Shown here: one piece after another, positions 13,017-24,800 of the stretch | Layout of the letters: each line of letters begins with the position of its first letter | Numbering within the stretch: position 1 is the first letter of the stretch | The notes under the pieces: generated by a model | What the model saw: only the letters and a program-made list of their open reading frames with translations | The model's database searches: none | Told to the model about the DNA's origin: nothing | Translations under genes and position numbers: made by a program | From: Macrostomum lignano | Taxonomy: Eukaryota | Direction of reading: 5' to 3' | Assembly (NCBI GenBank): GCA_002269645.1 | Contig: NIVC01000406.1 | Location: forward strand, 193,045-257,044 | DNA length: 64,000 nucleotides

Positions 13017-14059
13017 ATGACTTTCCCAATTCATCCGAACAATTACAACTCGATGCTGCCTGCGCCCAGCCAGCTGGACGAACCGAACACGTTCAGGTCT
13101 GTGCGGACGCCCAGTAGTAAACTTTGGTTTTAAATTGTGTTCAACATGAATTATTGGCTACTGTTGCTTTTTGAACAACAAAATTACATTTATTTACCTA
13201 ATTTACACAGCAAAGTACTTGCCCCGTCAATAGGATAAAGTACATGGATAGTGTACATGTTTGAAAGTTTAACTATCTGCATATCCGTCTTAATCCTGCA
13301 GCGAAGGCATTCGCCGAGTTCGACTGCTGCGCAGCGCTCAGCTGGAGTGCATCACGGTGGCCCTGGTCTGGATCGATGTTGCCATGGTTACGCATCAGAT
13401 TGTGCTGGACTTCTCGCTAACGGGTGAGAATGTATGGTTTATGAGTAGGAAATCTATACTTCTAAACGAGTTGGTTGTTCTCGTTTTTTGTTTGTTTGTT
13501 TGTCAATGGCAAAATTTACTGCGATCTAATTACTGTTTATGAATTCGTTCTTTGCCTTCTCAATGTTATCATACACTCAGTTCCAGGTTCTCAGCAATTC
13601 CCCATTGAGCCATGGCATCTCAGAAACTCCCCATTGAGCCAATTGGCATCTCAGCAACTCCTTTTTTCTGTTTATTAATTTGCCTATGAGCAATCTTTGT
13701 CATCATTTTTCTTGACCCCGAACCTTGAACAGAATATGAAACTCCTCAGACTATGGTGTGTAAAATTTCCGCATCCTAATTCCACTCCAAAATGCTACTC
13801 TGCTATATGCTATTTAAATCTTTCAACCATGCGCGCCATAATTTTATTGATGCACCTATACTATAATACTAGTAGTAGTCTATATGGACAATTGTTTCAA
13901 TTTTGACAGCCTCAAACTCCACCGACAAAAACGGCACGGACGAGCGGCCGCAGCTGGCCGAATTCAGTAGCGACCATCCGGCACTGAGTAGCCGGGCCTC
14001 CACTGGCCTCTTCATCGCCATCACCGCCATGGCCTTCCTGTTCCTGCTCGAGGTGGGAC

Positions 14060-14106
<47 letters not shown>

Positions 14107-14205
14107 GTGTCTGTGTGTCTGTCTGTCTGTCTGTGTGTCTGTCTGTGTGTCTGTGTGTCTGTCTGTCTGTCTGTCTGTCTATCTGTCTGCCTCTCTGTCC
14201 GTCTA

Positions 14206-14271
<66 letters not shown>

Positions 14272-16153
14272 ACCCTACTAAAACCTGTCATCTCCCATCT
14301 GCCCGCAGACAATCGCCAGAAATATCTACATCCGGGTATCTCAAAAACGCTTCTGCCTAATGAATGTAAGTAATGATATGAATATCATTTAGCATTTTTT
14401 AAGATAAATAAAGTTAATTCATTAAACACTATTATCTATATTATATTTCCAGGTGTGCGACTTAGTCTTGTGTGCAGCCTCGTTCTGCATCAACCTATCG
14501 CTGCTGGTGGCGCGGGTCACCCCGTTAGCCAGGGATTTCGTAGCCCTGCTAATCACTTTTAGACTCGTCAGATTGCTCACATTATTTGGAGGTTAGTTTC
14601 TTTTTCTCAGCACTTTTATTTTGAAAACTCTGCATACTCTACTATATCGCTTATTCAGTAGAGTGTTTCGCTCCTGTTTCACTATGATGAATTTCTATTT
14701 GAATAACCGCCAGGCTTAACTCGAGCTGAGAAACGGCAAATTCTGCGAATGCTCGACGGCTACAGACGAGAGGAGAGCTTCAACCTTGAGCAGCAGCGAA
14801 TGCTGCAGACTGAGCTGGAGAATCGAACTCGGGAGTGTCAGGATCTGCGAGAGTTGGTTAAGTCGGCTACTTTGTCTAGGAATCGACTGAGGCAGAGTGA
14901 GTTCTGTCAGCTATCGGGGGAGTTTTGGAATGTGAAAAAATAGGATTGCAATAAATATGGGTGCAGTAGAGATGAAGTAACAATAGAGATAGAGAGTGAT
15001 AAAGAGTGAAAATAGAGAGTGATAAAGTGGTGAGGATAGAGAGTGATAAAGTGAGGATAGAGAGTGATAAAGTGAGGATAAAGAGTGATAAAGTGAGGAT
15101 AGCGAGTGATAGAGTGAGGATAGCGAGTGATAAAGTGAGGATACAGAGTGATAAAGTGAGGATAGAGAGTGATAAAGTGAGGATAGCGAGTGATAAAGTG
15201 AGGATAGAGAGTGATAAAGTGAGGATAGCGAGTGATAAAGTGAGGATAGCGAGTGATAAAGTGAGGATACAGAGTGATAAAGTGAGGATAGAGAGTGATA
15301 AAGTGAGGATAGCGAGGGATAAAGTGAGAATAGAGAGTGATAAAATGTCCCCATGGCTCCATGGTCAAAAGGAAGGATTCGAGAGCAATTAGGGAAACGT
15401 ACAATGCCACCATATGTTACCCCCAATCGCGTACAACTCAATCCTGCAGAGCAGATGGGCCAGCACCAGCTGAAGCAGGAAGACGGCAGTCCGAACGAAG
15501 AGTCCTGCACGGATGTCACCGGCGGCTCTCCAGACAACAGTCGGACAGGCACCAGAAGCGTACCGGACGATTCCGGGCACAGTTCCGATTCTAGTCCGGA
15601 TTCGCCGCCGCGGGAGACTTTCGGTCGAGGTCTTGGTTAGTTTGTTCAATAGTCTTTGTTGGATTGAAGTATTTTGGGTGTAGGTTCGATGTACATTAGA
15701 TCCAGGGTTGAATGTACATTGGAGAGCGAAGTTGAATGTACATTGAGGTGCAGTTTGGAATGTACATTGGGGGAGCAGAGTTAAATGTACATTGGTAAGT
15801 AGGGTTAAATGTACATTGAGGTGTGTGATTCAATGTTAGGGTGCGGAATTCAATGTACATCGGGGTGCGGTGTGAATTTAAGTATTAATAATTAGGTGTT
15901 CACAGTGCAATGTACTAAGTATGCATGCTAACTATTTAAATTTACATTAAAAATGAAATGCCAATTAGAATTCTTGTGCTCATACTATGAGTAGTGCATC
16001 ACAGAAAGCGCCTGGATTCTCCTTTAACTTTCAGAGTCATCGTCGACAGAAGCGCCTCAGATTGGCATTGAGCTGGCCGAGGTCGCGGATTCGAATCCTC
16101 AGCCGGCACAGGATGAACTCGACGAAGGCGGCGCTTTTACTTCAAAATTTTAG
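13017..16153 (+). CDS. Divergent Hv1/HVCN1-like voltage-sensor-domain-only membrane protein, 327 aa. Exons 13017-13096, 13302-13423, 13910-14052, 14309-14365, 14453-14591, 14714-14856, 15455-15635, 16035-16153
   Basis: Hand-spliced with all junctions GT/AG and phase-consistent; 984 nt = 328 codons. S1 RLLRSAQLECITVALVWIDVAMVTHQIVLDFSL (cf. Hv1 [23 protein letters not shown]); S2 GLFIAITAMAFLFLLE; S3 VCDLVLCAASFCINLSLL; S4 LLITFRLVRLLTLFG; then a coiled-coil-like segment EQQRMLQTELENRTRECQDLRELMGQH. The last two junctions are less certain than S1-S4. Confidence 0.8.
14057..14270. repeat. (TCTG)n microsatellite in an intron of the Hv1-like gene
   Basis: Direct reading. Confidence 0.95.
14965..15340. 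repeat. 21-bp intronic minisatellite GATAGAGAGTGATAAAGTGAG
   Basis: About 17 copies in the intron 14857-15454 of the Hv1-like gene. Confidence 0.95.
15685..15870. repeat. Degenerate ~25-bp repeat with AATGTACATT core
   Basis: About 7 decayed copies in the last intron of the Hv1-like gene. Confidence 0.6.
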
Positions 16154-17024
16154 AGCAGTGTTCTCTCTCTCTCTCTCAGTGTTCTCATCTCCCGTCTCTT
16201 ATCTTCCAGTGTGTGTACAAATCTCCCAAAATTTTCCGGATTAACGAGAACGGCGTCCTTCTAATTTGGCTCTCGAAGTTCCACACACAAACTTTATTAA
16301 TTGTAAAAGGAAATTTCAACAGAAATGTATTTGTGTTGTACTTTTTTATTCTAGGATTACTAATTCCGGTAAATTTCTACACAAAAATCGTTAATTTGCG
16401 CATTTTGCTACTTATAGTGTCCTAATCGATCAGTAGCATGTATCGTGAAAGCTTTAATGAAATGCTTCAAAGAGCTTAAAGACTATAGAAAAAATGTCAT
16501 AAAATTACTTTGCATGAAGAATCTAAGCTTAAAAGCGAGTGTTTTGTACACAGTTTGAAAGTACACAGTGTCCTTTCTTATCTAATCTTGAAATGTACAC
16601 ACCAAGTTAGTTATAAATAAATCGTAGATTGTTTTTATAATGATTTTTTGGTTTTAACATTGTCTCCGCATTAATTAAAACAAATAAAGAGCCCATTTTT
16701 AATTTGTAGGTAATCTTAGTTATCGATCTTTATGTACTTTTATTTTCATTGTCTCAAATTGCTTCCATTTTATAATACAAAATGTCATTCAGTATTTCTG
16801 CGCGCGTTTTTCTATCTCTTGTTATAATTTATTGCTACGATGCACAATTAAACTACTGTCGTCTGGCAGTAGTATATATCGAGTATTTTAACGTGCTGTA
16901 TTATATTTTAAATAACCATATCTACGCATGAAATCGTATTAAAAATTCTTTTGAAACAAAAGACGAAATTGGACTTCAGTTTATGATGCTTTTTCTGGAA
17001 ATTATTTGTTGAATGGTCCACTTA

Positions 17025-18230
17025 ATGCTATTGGCGCCACAATTTGATTGTGTTTGGCGCCACAAAATGAGTTTAATTGGCTCCAAATAAGTTGATAGGC
17101 GGCACAATGAGTTTTATTAGCGCCATAGTATGATTTTAATTGGCGCCAAAATATGACTTTTATTGGCGCCACAATATGAACATCATTGGCGCTGAGTTTA
17201 TTTGGCGCCAAAATATGAGTTTCTTTGGTGCCACAATACGAGTTTAATTGGCTCCACAATATTGAGTTTAATTGGCTCCACAATATGACTGTCTTTAGCG
17301 CCACAATTTTGAGTTTAATTGGCTCCACAATATGACTGTCTTTAGCGCCAAAATTTTGAGTTTAATTGGCTCCACAATATGACTGTCTTTAGCGCCACAA
17401 TATTAAGTTTAATTGGCTCCACAATATGACTGTCTTTAGCGCCACAATTTTGAGTTTAATTGGCTCCACAATATGACTGTCTTTAGCGCCACAATATTAA
17501 GTTTAATTGGCTCCACAATATGACTGTCTTTAGCGCCACAATTTTGAGTTTAATTGGCTCCACAATATGACTGTCTTTAGCGCCACAATTTTGAGTTTAA
17601 TTGGCTCCACAATATGACTGTTTTTAGCGCCACAATATTGAGTTTAATTGGCTCCACAATACCAGTTTAATTCGCGCCACAATATTGAGTTTAATTGGCT
17701 CCACAATATGACTGTCTTTAGCGCCACAATATTGAGTTTAATTGGCTCCACAATATGACTGTCTTTAGCGCCACAATTTTGAGTTTAATTGGCTCCACAA
17801 TATGACTGTTTTTAGCGCCACAATATTGAGTTTAATTGGCTCTACAATACGAGTTTAATTCGCGCCACAATATTGAGTTTAATTGGCTCCACAATACGAC
17901 TGTCTTTAGCGCCACAATTTTGAGTTTAATTGGCTCCACAATATGACTGTCTTTAGCGCCACAAAATTGAGTTTAATCGGCTCCACAATATGACTGTCTT
18001 TAGCGCCACAAAATTGAGTTTAATTGGCGCCACAATATGACTGTCTTTAGCGCCACAATATTGAGTTTAATTGGCTCCACAATATGACTGTGTTTAGCGC
18101 CACAATATTGAGTTTAATTGGCGCCACATATGACTGTCTTTAGCGCCACAAAATTGAGTTTAATTGGCTCCACAATATGACTGTCTTTAGCGCCACAATA
18201 TTGAGTTTAATTGGCGCCACAATACGAGTG
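17025..18230. repeat. 47-bp minisatellite TTGGCTCCACAATATGACTGTCTTTAGCGCCACAATTTTGAGTTTAA, built from two ~23-bp subunits, upstream of pyruvate carboxylase
   Basis: Direct reading; older degenerate 23-bp copies at the left end. Confidence 0.95.
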
Positions 18231-18545
18231 TCATCCAAATGTCATCAGCGCGGAAAGCATAGCACCAGAAGCGTCAAATGAATCGCTTATTTACTCTAAA
18301 CAGTTATGAATTGTTAACCTTAGCACTGAAAGCTTGCATATACGATCGACTTATGACATAGACGAAATGAAAAATGCACTCTAGACGTTGGGACCAGTAA
18401 GCGCCATCGACTATACATTTGTCTATGCTGGACAAAGTTCTTAGAGAACGCGCCTACAAGTAGCTCAGATCTACAAGTAGCCGTTCTTTAATAATTGAAT
18501 AAATTAGAAATCAGTCAACTGATTGACAAAACACGAGATCACAGC

Positions 18546-21500
18546 ATGGCATCGGGCACGCTGCCTCCGGCGAGAAAATTCGAAAAAGTTCTGGTGGCCA
18601 ATCGAGGTGAGATTGCCATGCGGATTTACCGAGCTCTGTCTGAAATGGAGATCAAGTCTGTTGGCGTGTACAGCGAGGCCGACACCATGCACATGCACCG
18701 CACTATGGCGGATGAGTCCTATCTGATTGGCAAAGGTCTGCAACCGGTGCAGGCGTACTTGAGCATTTCTCACATCATTCAGGTTGCCAAGGAGACTAAG
18801 GCAGATGCTGTGCATCCTGGTTATGGCTTTCTGTCCGAGAGTGCCGAGTTTGCTCAGGTTAGTGAACCTACTATGTACATCGAATGTACATTCACCCCCT
18901 ACGCTACCGCATATACATCAACTCAACACCAGATGCATGCTTTATATTATACGGTGTTCATGCACCCAAATTTACAAAAACGAACACTGTATGTAGACCC
19001 AATGTATTACATCCAACCAACCATTAACGTACACTCGATGCAGATCTAACTAACAAAAGATGTACACTCTATGTACACCCAATCAACCAACACAATGTAC
19101 ACCAAATGTACACCCAATCAACCAACACAATGTACACCAAATGTACACCCAATCAACCAACACAATGTACACCAAATGTACACCCAATCAACCAACACAA
19201 TGTACACCAAATGTACGCCTAATCAACCAACACAATGTACACCAAATGTACACCCAATCAACCAACACAATGTACACTCTATGTACACCCAATCAACCAA
19301 CACAATGTACACCATATGTACGCCTAATCAACCAACACAATGTACACCAAATGTACACCCAATCAACCAACACAATGTACACCAAATGTACACCCAATCA
19401 ACCAACACAATGTACACTAAATGTACACCCAATCAACCAACACAATGTACACCCACCAAATGTACACCCAATCAACCAACACAATGTACACCCACCAAAT
19501 GTACACCCAATCAACCAACACAATGTACACCCACCAAATGTACACCCAATCAACCAACACAATGTACACTAAATGTACACCCAATAAACCAACACAATGT
19601 ACACCAAATGTACACCCAATCAACCAACACAATGTACACTAAATGTACACCCAATCAACCAACACAATGTACACTAAATGTACACCCAATCCAAGGCCTG
19701 TCACGCTGCCGGCATCGCATTCATCGGTCCCCGGCCGGAGACGGTCCGCCTGCTCGGCGACAAGGTGTTCGCCAGGGAGGCCGCCGTCAGCGCCGGCGTC
19801 CCGGTGGTGCCCGGCTCGCCAGGAGCTATCGCCGACGCAGCCGCGGCCGAAGAGTTCTGCCGGGTCCACGGCCTGCCGGTCATCTTGAAGGCGGCAGCCG
19901 GCGGTGGCGGACGCGGCATGCGGGTGGTTCGACGCCTGGAGGATGTCGCCGAAGCCTTCGAACGGGCTTCGTCGGAGGCAACGGCTGCCTTTGGCAACGG
20001 GTCAATGTTTGTGGAGCGGTTCGTTGAGTCGGCCAGGCATATTGAGGTTGGGCATTGCTCGTGTCCTGAGGAAATCTGGTACCTGTTATTTCTTAGATCT
20101 CCGCTTCGAATCCCAATCTCAAGAATTCATCTCAGGAATCCCCATCTCAAGAATCCCCATCTCGAGAATCCCCATCTTGAAAATCCCCATCTCAAGAAGT
20201 CCCCATCTCAAGAATCCCCATATCAATAACCCCAACCTTAAGAATCCCCAACTCACGAAATCCCCATCTCAAGAAGTCCCCATCTCAATAACCCCCATCT
20301 TGAGAATCCCAAACTCAAGAAATCCCATCTCAAGAAATCCCATCTCAAAAAATCCCATCTCAAGAATCCTTATCTCGAGATCCCCAATCTTAAAAATCCC
20401 ACCTCAAGAATCCCCGAACCGCGCCCAGGTACAAATCCTAGCGGACAAGGCCGGCTCGGTGATTCACCTGTTCGAACGCGACTGCTCAGTGCAGCGGCGC
20501 CACCAGAAGGTGCTGGAACTGGCACCTGCTCACAAGCTGCGCCAAGAGGCTCGCGAAGCAATTCTGTCTGACGCGGTGAAGCTGGCAAAAAGTGTGGGCT
20601 ATGAGAATGCAGGCACGGTGGAATTTCTCTTCGAAGAGTCCACCGGGAGGCACTACTTTATGGAGGTAAACCCTCGGGTGCAGGTTGAGCACACGGTTAC
20701 TGAGGAGATTACCGGTGTCGATATTGTTCGAACTCAGGTGAGGCTTGCCAACTTGATGCTCTTTGTGAGGGGTGCCATTTCATTTTGAGGGGTGCCACTT
20801 CATTGTGAGGACTGCCATTTCATTGTGAGGACTGCCATTTCATTGTGAGTGGTGCCATTTCATTGTGAGGGGTGCCATTTCATTGTGAGTGGTGCCATTT
20901 CATTGTGAGTGGTGCCATTTCATTGTGAGGGGTGCCATTTCATTGTGAGGGGTGCCATTTCATTGTGAGGACTGCCATTTCATTGTGAGTGGTGCCATTT
21001 CATTGTGAGTGGTGCCATTTCATTGTGAGGACTGCCATTTCATTGTGAGGGGTGCCATTTCATTGTGAGGGGTGCCATTTCATTGTGAGGGGTGCCATTT
21101 CATTGTGAGGACTGCCATTTCATTGTGAGGGGTGCCACTTCTTAGTGAGGGGTGCCATTTTATTGTGAGGGGTGCCACTTCTTAGTGAGGCGTGCCATTT
21201 CATTGTGAGGGGTGCCACTTCTTAGTGAGGGGTGCCATTTCATTGTGAGGGGTGCCACTTCTTAGTGAGGGGTGCCATTTCATTGTGAGGGGTGCCACTT
21301 CTTAGTGAGGGGTGCCGTTTCATTGTGAGTTGCTGCCCGATCCCCAGATCCGCATAGCGGAGGGCCACAGCCTGTCCAGCCTCGGCCTCAACCAATCGGA
21401 GATCGCTGCCAGCGGCTGCGCCATGCAGTGCCGGGTGACCACGGAGGATCCTGAGCGGGACTTTCAGCCGGACTCGGGCCGACTCGAGTACTTCCGGCCC

Positions 21501-21604
21501 GGACTGGGGCCCGGCATCCGGCTGGACTCGGCCAGCGCCTTCGCAGGCGCCATCATCTCGCCTTATTATGATAGCCTGCTGTGCAAGGTGAGGCTGCAGA
21601 CTGG

Positions 21605-21662
<58 letters not shown>

Positions 21663-21737
21663 CTAAGACAGACAGACAGACAGACACTAAGACAGACAGA
21701 CAGACAGACACTAAGACAGACAGACAGACAGACACTA

Positions 21738-21821
<84 letters not shown>

Positions 21822-24800
21822 GGACAGACGGACAGACAAATACGATGGGTCCAGCGCTCCACCTTACCAATCTCAGGTGGTCGCACACACCGGCAACTTC
21901 GCAGAGAGCACAGCTAAGATGCGCCGAGCTCTGCGCGAATTTCGCGTCATAGGCGTCAGCACCAACATCGCGTTTCTGCTGAACCTTCTGTCTTGCGAGG
22001 AGTTCTGCACTGTTGCTGTGGACACCGGCTTTCTGGATAGAAATCCTCAACTGATGAGGCAGCGGCCGTCGCGTGGGCGGGTGCAGAAACTGCTCAGGTT
22101 TATTGGTGAGACTATGGGTCGTGATGGGGACGAGATGGGGTCGAGATAGGTCAAGATAGGTCAAGATGGGTCAAGATAGGTCAAGATGGGTCAAGATGGG
22201 TCAAGATGGGTCATGATATGGGTCAAGATGGGTCAAGATGGGTCAAGATGGGTCAAGATAGGTCAAGATGGGTCAAGATGGTTCAAGATGGGTCAAGATG
22301 GGTCAAGATAGGTCAAGATGGGTCAAGATGGGTCAAGATAGGTCAAGATGGGTCAAGATAGGTCAGTATGGGTCAACGCAATCGTAGGTCGAAATGAGTC
22401 AAAGTGAGTCAATATGGGTCAACATTGCTTGCGGTGACATTAGTTTTGTAGGCTAATATTGGGTCAAGACGGATCAAGAGGTCAAGGTGCATCAGTATGG
22501 GTCAAGATTAGCAACGTTTAAGCTAAGCTGAGCAAAAATTAAGTTCGTATCCCGTGAATTTAAATTTATGCAAATGAATTTGAAATGAGTCGAGATGGGT
22601 CATGTCAGAGATGATTCAGTAGGCTTCTGTGAGTAAACTTTTATTACACCGCATCTCTACAAAATCAGCCGAGACCTTGGTCAACGGACCGCAGACTCCG
22701 GTGCCTAATCGAGATTTTCGAATTCCGGAAATCTGTCCAGAGCCGCCTGCAATCGACTACTGTGAGTAGAAAATCGGCAATTAGTTGCACTACTATTGTT
22801 ATCAATGAAACTTGTAAACAGTAAATCCCGCGACAACCTGTAAACAATGAATCCTGTGAACAATGAATCTTGTGAACAATGAATCCTGTGAACAATGAAT
22901 CCTGTGAAAAATGAATCCTGTGAACAATGAATCCTGTGAACAATGAATTCTGTGAACAATGAATCTTGTGAACAATGAATCCTGTGAACAAGGAATCCTG
23001 TGAACAATGAACTCGTGAATAGTATAACTTGTGACCTAAAAATCCTGTGAATATTAATAACTGTGAACAATGAATCTCGTGAATAGTATAACTTGTGACC
23101 AATAAATCTTGTGAATATTATAAACTGTGAACAATGAATCTCGTGAATTAAAAACAGTGAAAAAAATGAATCCTGTGAGCAACGAATCTTGTGAACAATT
23201 AAATCCCGTGAAGCATCTCCCATGAATTTCCTGGAATTTCAGTCGCGGTGCCCCCAGACGGCTGGCGCAAGATACTCAAGCAAAAAGGCCCCGAAGCCTT
23301 CGCTAAGGCCATCCTGGATCACCCCGGGGTGCTCCTGACGGACACTACAATGCGCGACGCGCATCAGTCGCTATTAGCTACCAGGGTTCGAACCTACGAC
23401 CTAGTCAAGATTGCGCCATTCGCGGCCAGACGCTTGTCGGGCCTGCTGTCAATGGAGTGCTGGGGCGGCGCCACGTTCGACGTGTCGCTCCGATTCCTGC
23501 ACGAGTGCCCATGGCAACGGCTGAGGCAGCTCAGGGACCTGGTGCCCAACATCCCATTTCAGATGCTGCTGCGGGGCGCCAATGCAGTGGGTTATACAAA
23601 CTATGCGGACAATGTGGTGAGTGCTACTGGGCATGCCATGCTTCAGATCGGATAGTTTGATGGTGAGATTGCATAGATTGATAGGCAGTGAGATTAGATA
23701 GAGAGACAGTGAGATTATATCGAGACAGTGAGATTAGATGGATAGTGAGATTGGATGAATGGATACATAGATAGTGAGATTAGATAAATAGATAGACAGA
23801 TAGTGAGATTGAATAAATGGATAGATAGTGAGATTAGATAAACTGATAGACAGATAGTGAGATTGGATAGATAGATAGATAGTGAAATTGGATAGATAGA
23901 TAGATAGTGAGATTGGATAGATAGATAGTGAGATTGGATAGATAGATAGATAGATAGTGAGATTGGATAGATAGATAGTGAGATTGGATAGATAGATAGA
24001 TAGTGAGATTGGATAGATAGATAGATAGTGAGATTGGATAGATAGATAGTGAGATTGGATAGATAGATAGATAGTGAGATTGGATAGATAGTGAGATTGG
24101 ATGAATGGATACACAGATAGTGAGATTGGATAAATGGATAGATAGTGAGATTAGATAAATAGATAGTGAGATTGGATAGATAGATAGATAGTGAGGTTGG
24201 ATAGATATATAGATAGATAGTGAGATTGATTAGATAGACAGTATGATTGGATAGGGACGGTGAGATAAGATAAAGAGACGGTGAGATTAGATAGACAGAG
24301 AGTGAGATTAGATAAAGAAACGGTGAGATTGGACACTCAAAGAGAAGAAAATCTAGCAATGGCAACCGGACTCAAACGAGTCACTACTCGAACTCGGCCA
24401 GGTGTACCGCTTCTGCGAGGAGGCCGTCAAGACCGGCATGGACATCTTCCGAATATTCGACTGCCTGAACTACGTCCCCAACATGCTGGTCGGAATGGAC
24501 GCAGTTAGAAAAGCTGGCGGGGTTGTGGAAGCGGCGATCTGCTACACTGGCGACCTGCTGACCTCCAAGAAGTACACATTGGAGTACTATCTGGACACGG
24601 CCGAGCAGCTTGTGAGGTGCAGGAGACAGTTCATTTTCTTAGCTGGCAATTCCTTTCTGATCGAATTTAAAACATTACTAAAAATTATTGGGAATGGGGC
24701 TTTAGCACCAAGGGGCTTTAGCACCAAGGGGCTTTAGCACCAAGGGGCTTTAGCACCAAGGGGCTTTAGCACCAAGGGGCGCCAGCACCAAGGGGCTTTA

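Noticed and set aside
14057-21840. (TCTG)n and (CAGA)n tracts in inverted orientation
   Set aside because: This is a very common microsatellite, and the tracts are in different genes, so the orientation is uninformative.
20105-23215. 7-8-bp inverted matches among PC intron units (CCCATCT/AGATGGG; TTCATTGT/ACAATGAA)
   Set aside because: They are short enough to occur by chance among 11 units, unlike the 11-13-bp and full-unit matches reported as findings.
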